From the IMG/VR virus record IMGVR_UViG_3300032307_000539, positions 1,629-65,628 of that record: DNA of 64,000 nucleotides, one strand, 5' to 3'. How positions within the stretch are numbered: the first letter of the stretch is position 1; each line of letters begins with the position of its first letter. This DNA comes from a virus (taxonomy: Duplodnaviria; Caudoviricetes). Shown here piece after piece: positions 29,768-37,964 of this stretch. A program made the translations under genes and the position numbers. The notes beneath the pieces are model-generated. The model ran no database searches. It worked only from the letters and a program-made list of their open reading frames with translations, and had not been told where the DNA came from.

Positions 29768-32410
29768 TTAAGCTCTTTGATTAATAGAATAAATTATTTC
29801 AGTAGAATTAATGTACATACAAAAAATGTAATTAATCTGTCCTGTTGTGTAATTTCCACTTCCACTGAGTTTTTTAAATGGAGAAGTAAATGTAGGTGCT
29901 GTTCCTGAGTTATGTATAATTACATTGGTTACGCCTACCTGAGCATTTGTTGTATCAACTGATATGTTTCCAGTTTCAGGTGTTGCAATTGAACCATACA
30001 ACCTATCTGTTACAAAAGTCAAAACTGTACCTGTTGTAGTACCAGCAGCGGTTGGTAAAGGTGTATATCCTAATGCGTCTTGTTTTGAATTAAATGTAGT
30101 CCAATCTGTAGAACTTAACTTTCCTGTATTTATTGCAGAAGCTACAGGAAGATTAAATGTATGCGTATCAGTTACTGATGAAATATTAAAATCCGTTCCT
30201 GTTGTGCCAACATCAAAATACTGTACTTGTTGTGTTAATCCATTTAACGCTGTTAGACCCGTTGTAAATGTTGTAAGCACCTCACAAAGATTACCATTCT
30301 CTGTATGTAATGTTATAGTCCTTCCACCTGTAATTACATAAATACGGACTGCCAATCTATCAGTAATGAGTAATGAAGTTTGCGGAACAGGAATTGAGGT
30401 ATAGTACTGGTCAACAGTTGTACCATTTGTAATACCTTCTGGATTTGTTGAACCACTTGCGACAAGAGTAAACACATTTGTAGTGCTAACTTTGTAAATT
30501 TCAGCATAAAATTGTGGACTTCCACCAGATGCACTTGATTGAAAATAAAACTCTAAATTCCAATTACCACCAGGTATATTTAAAAACGAAGGGTCTCCAG
30601 CGTCAGTTATAAATGATGCAATATACCCATTACCTGCTCCATTTGTTCTTATAAAATTAGCACCTCCTCCAAGTATTGGTGTTTTACTCATTTGATAATA
30701 AGTATCTCCACCAAATGTACCTTGAGACACACTACCATTAAGATAGTAATTAACCGACGCGCCACCTCCTGTTGAGTTTGGAAAATTAGCTAATGTTCCA
30801 TCACCTCTAACGTATTGCGAAACTGAACCAGCTCCAGTAACTGTTATATCACCACTTGATGTTATAGGGCTATTTGTTACAGTAAAAGCTGAAGGCATAG
30901 TTAATCCAACAGATGTAACACCTGCAGAAGGAATTGTTGGATACGCTATCTGCTTTACATTGCCTGACGAATCTCTTACCAATAAACTATCAGACGTGGC
31001 TCCTGTATCGGGCGTCTGAGATATTTTTAACTTACCATTAGAATCTATAACAAAAGACTCAGTATACGACGCTCCAGTCTTAAATGTATAGGTTCCTCTT
31101 GTTCTATACTCTGTTCCTATTGTGTTGTCATCTATGACTATGTTGGACTGCGACGCACTAGGGTTGCCTAATACAAAGTCCATTTGCGTTTGGGCCCTTT
31201 GTATGGACAGTAGTGTATTACCGTTTAAAAAACTTCTGTTTGAGTCTGCAATCTTTACAGAGCCAAAGTTATCTTCTGATATTTTACTCCAAGTAACATT
31301 TGTTGGGGAACTGAACTTAGCTATTCTGTTTGTTTTACCAACACCTGTAATCCCAGTATCAGGCATAGATGTCAACACATAGTCCATTGTTCCGGGGTCC
31401 CATACATAGGCCAAGTCCGTGTCTAGTGCAATATATATAACTCCAACTGTGCCTATTGATGGAAACGATGCTAAGTCAGCGTACTCAACGACCTGCTCCT
31501 GCGATATAAATGGATTAACACCATCCTCACCGTCATTTGTTAGGTCCGATGTTTTTGTGGGTATTTCTGGCTTGTTTAATATTAGAGAATCTCCTCCTGT
31601 TGAGTCCCAATCCGCATTTATTTGTCTAACCCTAGCCCCTTCGCCTAAATCGAGCCAATAAGTATTTCCTCCAATCTCTGGAAGTATAGCGTCATTATCA
31701 AACTTAGCTTTATATATTCTTCCTTCGTAATAGACTACATCGCCAGCCTTATATTCGTTATTTAAAGCATCTGTGTGATTTACAGAAAACTCAATGGCGT
31801 TTAATGAAACTGCCGGTAAATCATCGATAGTTATAAAACCAACATCGTTGTTAAACTCAGATAGGTTTTCTGGAGCTCCATCTATGTCGCTGTAATTAAC
31901 GGACATATCAAGCAAACCAATTAAAAAAGAATCGTTAAAAGACAAAAATCCGTTTCCGCGGACAAACTCAACATCTATTTTGAGTAGGTTTGAGTTGTCT
32001 GGGTGGTCTTCAACCAAAATTAACTTGTATATAGAGTAGCAATTTGGGTTTGCGGAATTGTAAAAATATATGTAGTCTCCTTCAAAACTTGAGATTAATT
32101 GGTCAAAAAAACGAACTTTTAAATCTTTTTTGGACAGCCCAAAAGATGTTACAGAATTAAACGAAACTGTATCAGGAGAGGGTTCAAAAATCCAAATAAA
32201 GCCAGAAGGCGTGCCAGATGGGTTTTGCCACTCTGTGTACCTTAAAGTGACGGAGTTTGGAAATAAAATTGTACCAACGCTTGAGTAGTACTCTGCAACC
32301 TTGTCGGCTGTAAAGTTCTTTGTTTGATTAGAAGACTGAGCATCGCTACCAATCCACTTATCATTACCTCTTACTACACCATCGTTTTCGTATGTATGTA
32401 TTCTTGCCAT
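29768..32410 (-). CDS. tail fibre protein
   Basis: 880 aa; Thr/Gly/Ser rich; LSEFNNDVGFI, KTSDLTNDG, SSTDWTTFNSKQDAL fibre motifs. Confidence 0.75.
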   Translation of the reverse strand: MARIHTYENDGVVRGNDKWIGSDAQSSNQTKNFTADKVAEYYSSVGTILFPNSVTLRYTEWQNPSGTPSGFIWIFEPSPDTVSFNSVTSFGLSKKDLKVRFFDQLISSFEGDYIYFYNSANPNCYSIYKLILVEDHPDNSNLLKIDVEFVRGNGFLSFNDSFLIGLLDMSVNYSDIDGAPENLSEFNNDVGFITIDDLPAVSLNAIEFSVNHTDALNNEYKAGDVVYYEGRIYKAKFDNDAILPEIGGNTYWLDLGEGARVRQINADWDSTGGDSLILNKPEIPTKTSDLTNDGEDGVNPFISQEQVVEYADLASFPSIGTVGVIYIALDTDLAYVWDPGTMDYVLTSMPDTGITGVGKTNRIAKFSSPTNVTWSKISEDNFGSVKIADSNRSFLNGNTLLSIQRAQTQMDFVLGNPSASQSNIVIDDNTIGTEYRTRGTYTFKTGASYTESFVIDSNGKLKISQTPDTGATSDSLLVRDSSGNVKQIAYPTIPSAGVTSVGLTMPSAFTVTNSPITSSGDITVTGAGSVSQYVRGDGTLANFPNSTGGGASVNYYLNGSVSQGTFGGDTYYQMSKTPILGGGANFIRTNGAGNGYIASFITDAGDPSFLNIPGGNWNLEFYFQSSASGGSPQFYAEIYKVSTTNVFTLVASGSTNPEGITNGTTVDQYYTSIPVPQTSLLITDRLAVRIYVITGGRTITLHTENGNLCEVLTTFTTGLTALNGLTQQVQYFDVGTTGTDFNISSVTDTHTFNLPVASAINTGKLSSTDWTTFNSKQDALGYTPLPTAAGTTTGTVLTFVTDRLYGSIATPETGNISVDTTNAQVGVTNVIIHNSGTAPTFTSPFKKLSGSGNYTTGQINYIFCMYINSTEIIYSINQRA

Positions 32411-32799
32411 TAATTAGTAATTAAAAGAAACCCAGACAAAGATAGTGAAACTATGCCTATATATTTCCAAAACGTTTTTTTCGTTTTTTCTTTTTTAATT
32501 ATTTTTTCGTTGTTTATGATAACTTGGTTTAAAGAGTTGTTTTCCATCTCCTTTGATTTGTAAGCACTTAATAGAAGTTGATTCTGTTCTTGTAACAGAG
32601 CAGTTCTTTTTTCTTCATTCTTTAAGATGTCTTTTGTTAACTTTAACTCCGCCTTGCAAGCGTCACCCTTTATTAGCTCCGTTATTATCTTTACTGACTG
32701 AATGCTGTCCAGTATCACAACCTTTTCCTGTGCGTTCATCGAAATAACACTGCATATCAGAAACGCTATACTTACTAACAAGTTTAATTTTTTGAACAT
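32410..32799 (-). CDS. spanin-like lysis protein
   Basis: Coiled coil with C-terminal TM; overlaps its neighbour next to the endolysin. Confidence 0.5.
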   Translation of the reverse strand: MFKKLNLLVSIAFLICSVISMNAQEKVVILDSIQSVKIITELIKGDACKAELKLTKDILKNEEKRTALLQEQNQLLLSAYKSKEMENNSLNQVIINNEKIIKKEKTKKTFWKYIGIVSLSLSGFLLITN

Positions 32800-33046
32800 A
32801 TACTTTTTTGATTTTTGATTTTTGACGTATTAAACTATCTTTTGTTTTGACTAAAACACCATCCTTTTCTTTTAGATTTTCATACATTTTTATGTATGTT
32901 TTTGCCTGAGCATTGTAAAATAAAGCGGAATCCTTTAAAACTTTATTTTCGTGTTCAAGATGTCGAGTTTTGTTTAGGTTGAAAAACAGAGTAATTACAA
33001 GAACAGCAACAATTCCTACGGCAATGTATTTTTTATAATTCAACAT
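32663..33046 (-). CDS. spanin-like lysis protein (inner-membrane type)
   Basis: N-terminal TM plus coiled coil; downstream of the endolysin. Confidence 0.5.
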   Translation of the reverse strand: MLNYKKYIAVGIVAVLVITLFFNLNKTRHLEHENKVLKDSALFYNAQAKTYIKMYENLKEKDGVLVKTKDSLIRQKSKIKKVYVQKIKLVSKYSVSDMQCYFDERTGKGCDTGQHSVSKDNNGANKG

Positions 33047-33536
33047 AATTAATTCCGTTTTTATCTTTAATCAATTTTCCAGAGTCATACTTTCTTTTTA
33101 AAGACCTCCAGTCATTTCCGAAGTTCATTTCAAAATGAGGCGCGTCTTTAAACCTTTTCCAGTCGCCACCCCAAGACCATCCTTTAGACTTGAAATAGTT
33201 AACAACTTCCATCCAGTCAGCTTTAGAGTCTTTGTCAAAATCACGAATCATAGACCAAGATGCCTCTTCAAAAGTTCCGTTTCCGTCATTGTCATATAAC
33301 AATACAATATCAAAAGCCAATCCGTAATTATGAATTGACTGCCAAGCACGAGCGTTTGTAACTTTTGGTCTTCTATTAAACAGGGCATTTTGCTCTTCTG
33401 GCGTTCTGTAAACATACGCAAATCTAAGCCTTGCGCCTTTGCCCAACAGGTTGTTGGCCTCTATGTATTGCTGTCGAAGTTGCTCTCTAATTTTTGGATG
33501 AGCCTGCTTTATACGCTCAAGTGTAATATTATCCAT
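33033..33536 (-). CDS. endolysin, M15 L-Ala-D-Glu peptidase
   Basis: YRTPEEQ, SIHNYGLAFD, WGGDW..FKDAPHFE. Confidence 0.9.
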   Translation of the reverse strand: MDNITLERIKQAHPKIREQLRQQYIEANNLLGKGARLRFAYVYRTPEEQNALFNRRPKVTNARAWQSIHNYGLAFDIVLLYDNDGNGTFEEASWSMIRDFDKDSKADWMEVVNYFKSKGWSWGGDWKRFKDAPHFEMNFGNDWRSLKRKYDSGKLIKDKNGINYVEL

Positions 33537-33846
33537 TTGATTTTGATTTTATTATTGCTACTCCAAGGGCTGAAAAAAAAGCGACTATAACCGCAATAGC
33601 CCATTTAAACTGTTTTACGTATGTGTTAACCTCAACTTTAAACTCTTCAAGGTCGTCAACCTTAGCCTCTACAGAACGTAACTTTCCAGCAATACCTTGC
33701 TCAGAACTTAATGGGTTGCCCATAATTGCGTTTTTAATATCTCTGACGTCACCACCAACGTCCTCTAGCTTCTCCTTAAAAAGTCGTTGATGTTGTTCCA
33801 ACCTGTCTAATCTTTCACTGTTTAGGTAATCTCTATTCGGCTCCAT
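33529..33846 (-). CDS. membrane-anchored coiled-coil lysis-region protein
   Basis: Coiled coil plus C-terminal TM; ATG 33846 preferred. Confidence 0.5.
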   Translation of the reverse strand: MEPNRDYLNSERLDRLEQHQRLFKEKLEDVGGDVRDIKNAIMGNPLSSEQGIAGKLRSVEAKVDDLEEFKVEVNTYVKQFKWAIAVIVAFFSALGVAIIKSKSNG

Positions 33847-34033
33847 TGTTACTTTTTGATTTAAAAAGTTTTTCAACAGAGTCTACAAAACTTTGAACGG
33901 CAATATAAGCAGTTGCTATAATTACCCAGTCTGTTGAATGTAAAACACCTTTAAACAAAGCTACTGAAGCCACAACGAAAACAAGCAACTTCCTGCTTAT
34001 CCATTTATTGATTCTGTAGTCTAAATTTTTCAT
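33833..34033 (-). CDS. putative holin
   Basis: 66 aa, two TMs, SRKLLVF motif; upstream of the endolysin. Confidence 0.6.
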   Translation of the reverse strand: MKNLDYRINKWISRKLLVFVVASVALFKGVLHSTDWVIIATAYIAVQSFVDSVEKLFKSKSNNGAE

Positions 34034-34034
34034 A

Positions 34035-34352
34035 CTAATATGAGTATAATGTTGACAAGCCTAAAGCTAAACTTTCGTAGTCATCAGTATAGTCATTGCC
34101 ATCAACAAGTATTTGTGTAACATTATTTGTAGGTGTTGAATATATATCAATACCCAAGTGGGAGTAATACGCTGGGTCAATACCTAAGATGTGCATATAT
34201 AATTTCCATTGAGTCTTGCCAGAGGCGGTTACTCTTTCTTCTGGAAAATTTTTAATCGTAAATGTTGAATTGTTTAATGGATATACTTGAAACAATTCTC
34301 CATCTATGTATAATGCAATGTGGCTTCCTATTTTTTCAAATGAAAATATCAT
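34035..34352 (-). CDS. hypothetical protein
   Basis: Tightly packed ORF. Confidence 0.5.
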   Translation of the reverse strand: MIFSFEKIGSHIALYIDGELFQVYPLNNSTFTIKNFPEERVTASGKTQWKLYMHILGIDPAYYSHLGIDIYSTPTNNVTQILVDGNDYTDDYESLALGLSTLYSY

Positions 34353-34654
34353 TATTTTTTGTTTTTAGTGTTATTTGTCTTTGCTTTAACTAATCTCGTG
34401 TTTTTTTTGTGATTAGAACCCCCTTTAGCTAATGGCTTTATGTGGTCAACCACATATCCGTCAGGTATATTTTTATGCCTAGCTCTAGCCTTTGCCCTCA
34501 TGCTTTTCTTCTTTTTTTCTTCTGGAGTAGCGTTCTTTGCTTTTTTATAGGCCTTTCCTTTTTCGCTTTTATTCCATTTAGAAGAAGTTTCTTGATGCTT
34601 TTTTCTAGCCTCTGGATTTTCTCTATAATATTTAGCAGTTTTACTTAAAGCCAT
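34352..34654 (-). CDS. small basic HNH-motif protein
   Basis: VVDHIKPLAKGGSN...N motif. Confidence 0.65.
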   Translation of the reverse strand: MALSKTAKYYRENPEARKKHQETSSKWNKSEKGKAYKKAKNATPEEKKKKSMRAKARARHKNIPDGYVVDHIKPLAKGGSNHKKNTRLVKAKTNNTKNKK

Positions 34655-34658
34655 AATA

Positions 34659-34829
34659 TTATTTTTTCATCATTTTTTTTGCTTTTCCTTTAGCAGCTTC
34701 TTTTTTTTTGTACTTTCCAGCCTTAGACATTGCAATTGCTACTGCTTGTTTTTGACTCTTACCTGAAGCCATTTCTTTTTTAATGTTTTCTGAAATAGCT
34801 TTGTCTGATTTTCCTGATTTTAACGGCAT
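34659..34829 (-). CDS. small Lys-rich protein (56 aa, not in the ORF track)
   Basis: MPLKSGKSDKAISENIKKEMASGKSQKQAVAIAMSKAGK...; fills the gap between neighbours. Confidence 0.7.
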   Translation of the reverse strand: MPLKSGKSDKAISENIKKEMASGKSQKQAVAIAMSKAGKYKKKEAAKGKAKKMMKK

Positions 34830-34834
34830 AACTT

Positions 34835-34978
34835 TTATTTTTTATATGGAAATTTTTTGTTTAACATTTTCTGTCTTTTATCGCATCCGCAGTCTTTAGA
34901 TACTTTTTTTACAACAGCTTTCACTCCGGTATATTTTGCTAACTTAGCAATAGTATCTCCTAATCCTCTGCTTTTCAT
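34835..34978 (-). CDS. small basic CxC protein (47 aa, not in the ORF track)
   Basis: MKSRGLGDTIAKLAKYTGVKAVVKKVSKDCGCDKRQKMLNKKFPYKK; ATGA overlap with the upstream stop. Confidence 0.7.
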   Translation of the reverse strand: MKSRGLGDTIAKLAKYTGVKAVVKKVSKDCGCDKRQKMLNKKFPYKK

Positions 34979-35316
34979 CTTTTAATAGGTTTTACTCTCC
35001 TACCCATTCCTACCTTTGATTTTTCTTTCTTTTTACTAGCAAGTTGCGACTTACTCATTTCTGATTTAGTCACCGGTGTTTTTGAAGACACTCTTTTTGT
35101 TGGCCTACAGTATTCGTTTTTACCGCCGGCTCCACAAGGCTTTCCGGTTCTTGTGTCTTCCCACTTTTCATCCTGCCATCTTTTTAATTCAGAGCCCTTT
35201 TTTCCTTTACGAACATTTCCTTTAGATTTCCTGCATTTAGCTATTGCCTGAGAAGCTCTTGCTGAAGGAAAAACATCGTATTGAGCTTTGACTTTTTTAT
35301 AACAAGCATCTTTCAT
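34975..35316 (-). CDS. small basic Cys-containing protein
   Basis: DACYKKVK..FPSARAS..LKRW.DEKW..GKPCG..YCRP. Confidence 0.65.
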   Translation of the reverse strand: MKDACYKKVKAQYDVFPSARASQAIAKCRKSKGNVRKGKKGSELKRWQDEKWEDTRTGKPCGAGGKNEYCRPTKRVSSKTPVTKSEMSKSQLASKKKEKSKVGMGRRVKPIKR

Positions 35317-36020
35317 TTTTGCAAATTTAATGATTTCCTGATAGACTTAGCTTTGTGATAATTTTTTTCATTTGCAAAGTTAAAGTCACTCAAAAACCAT
35401 CCGTTTGAAGACTTTCTTTTTTTATTTAATAAATCATTAATTCTAAACGTTTTATTGTTTGTAAACACTCCTGCTTGATAAACATCATGAAAATAAAAAA
35501 CATCTTCATTTGTATTTTTTAAGCAAACAGGGGTATTATATCCTTTTAAACAAAACTTATTGTTTTTAAATCTTTTCTTGCCACTTATATTTTTTAAACC
35601 CAAAAAAGAAGCGCAACTTGCTTGAGAATCAAAACTAAATTCTTCCCCTGTTTCGCAATCTATTATACAAATGTTTTTTGATGTATTTAAATTTGAGCCT
35701 CCAATACCTCCTAATTTTATATTTAAACAACTACTATTGCTCAGTAAATCTTTAGTTACAATCTTTTCTTCAAAAGAATAGGCGTCATGCATATTATCAA
35801 ACTCAGCTATAATTTCTCTTTTAAAATTCTTGTATCCATATTTTATTACTGAATCAATAAACGCTGACTTTACGCCCTTTTTTTTAAGACTTATAGCATT
35901 TCCTTGACTACAAACTCCGCATCCTATATATCCATCAGAAATTCTTCTTTCTAAATGGACTCCAATATAAAATTTATCGTTCACAGTGCAAGTTGTTTTG
36001 TAGACTATATATCTTGGCAT
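35313..36020 (-). CDS. GIY-YIG (Seg-like) homing endonuclease
   Basis: YIVYKTTCTVNDKFYIGVH...DGYIGCG...LNIKLGG; more AT-rich than its flanks. Confidence 0.75.
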   Translation of the reverse strand: MPRYIVYKTTCTVNDKFYIGVHLERRISDGYIGCGVCSQGNAISLKKKGVKSAFIDSVIKYGYKNFKREIIAEFDNMHDAYSFEEKIVTKDLLSNSSCLNIKLGGIGGSNLNTSKNICIIDCETGEEFSFDSQASCASFLGLKNISGKKRFKNNKFCLKGYNTPVCLKNTNEDVFYFHDVYQAGVFTNNKTFRINDLLNKKRKSSNGWFLSDFNFANEKNYHKAKSIRKSLNLQK

Positions 36021-36289
36021 TACTTTCCTTTCAAATATTTATCGCTATTTGGCGACCATAAGTTTTTACAGGCCCAGTATCTAGCGGTTAGTTTGTTAGT
36101 CGCAGAGGCGCATTTATGTCTTGCATTAAAAGATTTTCTAGCTTTTGCTGAATAATTTGATTTGTAACCATCTGCTCCGTAATGTATTAGCTTTTCTGTT
36201 CCGTTAGAACAAGCCTTGACCATTCTTTTCTTTCCAGCCCTATCGCTTGGTCTAGGACTATTGCACTTCATTTTGCTTTTATCTGCCAT
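36020..36289 (-). CDS. small basic Cys-containing protein
   Basis: KLIHYGADG...ARKSFNARHKC...TARYWACK. Confidence 0.65.
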   Translation of the reverse strand: MADKSKMKCNSPRPSDRAGKKRMVKACSNGTEKLIHYGADGYKSNYSAKARKSFNARHKCASATNKLTARYWACKNLWSPNSDKYLKGK

Positions 36290-36292
36290 AGC

Positions 36293-37069
36293 TTAGTTGT
36301 ATATTCGCACTTCTATTTGACAATTCAAAATGCCGTCTGTAGGTTGTGGATTGCCACCTGAAAGAGCCATTAAAAATACTTGAGAATTACTCACCCTCCC
36401 AATCTTTACGAAATTGTCGTACGCACCAAAATACGTTGGGGTTGCAAAACAAACTGTCTTATTATTTGTAAAGGTAGAGCCACTTATTGTGCCTATATAC
36501 ACTCCAGCACTATTTCTAGTCCACGACACAGTTCCGCCAGTATTGTTAAAAACTTGACTCACAACAAAAGGAGGGTCTGTCGGAAAAGTGCCGGCCATAA
36601 GTATAACTACGTAGGATTTATAGTTTAGACCTTCACCAGCAACACCTTGCGGTCCTTGCGGTCCAGTAGCGCCTTCAGCTGCTAACAACGCCCAATTTCC
36701 CGGATTATCGGCAGGGTTTTCATTTTCAGAACCAGCATTACTTTCCGTGTATAAAAACCAAGAAGCCCCGTCATATCCAACTGCGTCGTTTTCAAAATAA
36801 TCAGTGCCTAAAACCCACTGCCCCCTCCATAATAACCCCGCTGGGCCGGCAGGACCCGGAACACCTTGAGGGCCTTGAGAACCTTGAGGGCCTGTGTTTC
36901 CTTGAGGACCTTGAGGACCTTGAGGACCTACACTTCCGTTTCCAAGAACAAAATCAGCTAATTTTTGAAGTGTGAAATTTTTAGTTATATTTCCAGCAGA
37001 GTCAGTTCCTACCAGCCTATCTGTTCCTTCTAAATTATTATCGTTTTGATATGTTTCTATCCTAGCCAT
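36293..37069 (-). CDS. collagen-repeat fibre/decoration protein
   Basis: GPQ repeats; N-terminus paralogous to the 880 aa fibre. Confidence 0.7.
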   Translation of the reverse strand: MARIETYQNDNNLEGTDRLVGTDSAGNITKNFTLQKLADFVLGNGSVGPQGPQGPQGNTGPQGSQGPQGVPGPAGPAGLLWRGQWVLGTDYFENDAVGYDGASWFLYTESNAGSENENPADNPGNWALLAAEGATGPQGPQGVAGEGLNYKSYVVILMAGTFPTDPPFVVSQVFNNTGGTVSWTRNSAGVYIGTISGSTFTNNKTVCFATPTYFGAYDNFVKIGRVSNSQVFLMALSGGNPQPTDGILNCQIEVRIYN

Positions 37070-37082
37070 TTATATTTTTTTG

Positions 37083-37114
37083 CAAAGTTACAATATTTTT
37101 AATTTGTACATTTG
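37083..37114. promoter_or_regulatory. divergent Bacteroidota promoters (TAACTTTG minus, TACATTTG plus)
   Basis: Two back-to-back TAnnTTTG elements between divergent genes. Confidence 0.65.
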
Positions 37115-37131
37115 CTATAAAATTCAATATA

Positions 37132-37695
37132 ATGGAAGAGAACGAGGAGTTAAATCAGGAAAAACCAAAGAAAAGAAAAATGCGTAGGAAGTACGAAAGG
37201 AAAGTTCCTGCCGTTAAAACAAGAAAGACTACAAAGAAGCCGAAGCCTAATTATAATTTTACAGAAAGAGCGTCAAGTTACTTAAAATATTTTAGGTTAG
37301 TTCGTCGATATGTACAGAAGAAGTACGAACTTTCAATGGTTGAGTTGGAAATGATTTTATATCTATACGACGAAAACATATTTGACAAACCTACCTTTGT
37401 TTGGTATTCAAGAACAATTGGATTTACTTCGTTTAATTGGTTCGACCAATTCAAAGACAGGGGTATTATAGAAAAATGGAGGGACGAGCACGGTTTGAAA
37501 AAATACTATAAGCTAGCATCTAAATACAAACACGCTTGTTATACGCTGTACAAACACTTAGAAGGAGAACCAATACCTACACGTGTAAATCAAAATCCCT
37601 TATTCAAATCAACCGCTTCTACAAACGACAAAGTTTATGCTAGGTTAATAAAGAGAATGAATGAAGAAAGAGCAAAAAAAAATGGAGGGGAATAA
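37132..37695 (+). CDS. hypothetical protein, possible winged-helix regulator
   Basis: Basic N-terminus; YLKYFRLVRRY..KYELS..ELEMILYLY; own promoter and terminator. Confidence 0.55.
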   Translation: MEENEELNQEKPKKRKMRRKYERKVPAVKTRKTTKKPKPNYNFTERASSYLKYFRLVRRYVQKKYELSMVELEMILYLYDENIFDKPTFVWYSRTIGFTSFNWFDQFKDRGIIEKWRDEHGLKKYYKLASKYKHACYTLYKHLEGEPIPTRVNQNPLFKSTASTNDKVYARLIKRMNEERAKKNGGE

Positions 37696-37708
37696 CCCCT
37701 CCGTTTTT
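37684..37708 (+). terminator. terminator between convergent genes
   Basis: GGAGGGG-aataa-CCCCTCC then T-run; A-run on the other side. Confidence 0.7.
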
Positions 37709-37964
37709 ATAAAACAACTTTTACGTCGTCTTCGCTAATTACAATATACTTTGTCTCTCCTACCCTGATTTCACTTCCGGCAATATCGTCGTAATAAACA
37801 ACATCACCCACTTGAACTGAATCCACCTTGTCGGACTTTAATTCTACCTTACCGGTTTTATATCGTATTGACTTGTCAGAAAACTCAGTTATAACAAGCC
37901 CAGCTTTGTTCTTAACTTCCTGTTGAACCTTACTAAGAAGTATAGTTTTTCCTAATGCCTTCAT
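37707..37964 (-). CDS. groES: co-chaperonin GroES
   Basis: MKALGKTILL...AGLVI...VQVGDVVYY...VISEDDV; directly after groEL. Confidence 0.8.
   Translation of the reverse strand: MKALGKTILLSKVQQEVKNKAGLVITEFSDKSIRYKTGKVELKSDKVDSVQVGDVVYYDDIAGSEIRVGETKYIVISEDDVKVVL

Noticed and set aside
36640-36930. Tandem 9-bp repeats
   Set aside because: They simply encode collagen GPQ triplets; not CRISPR or a DGR.
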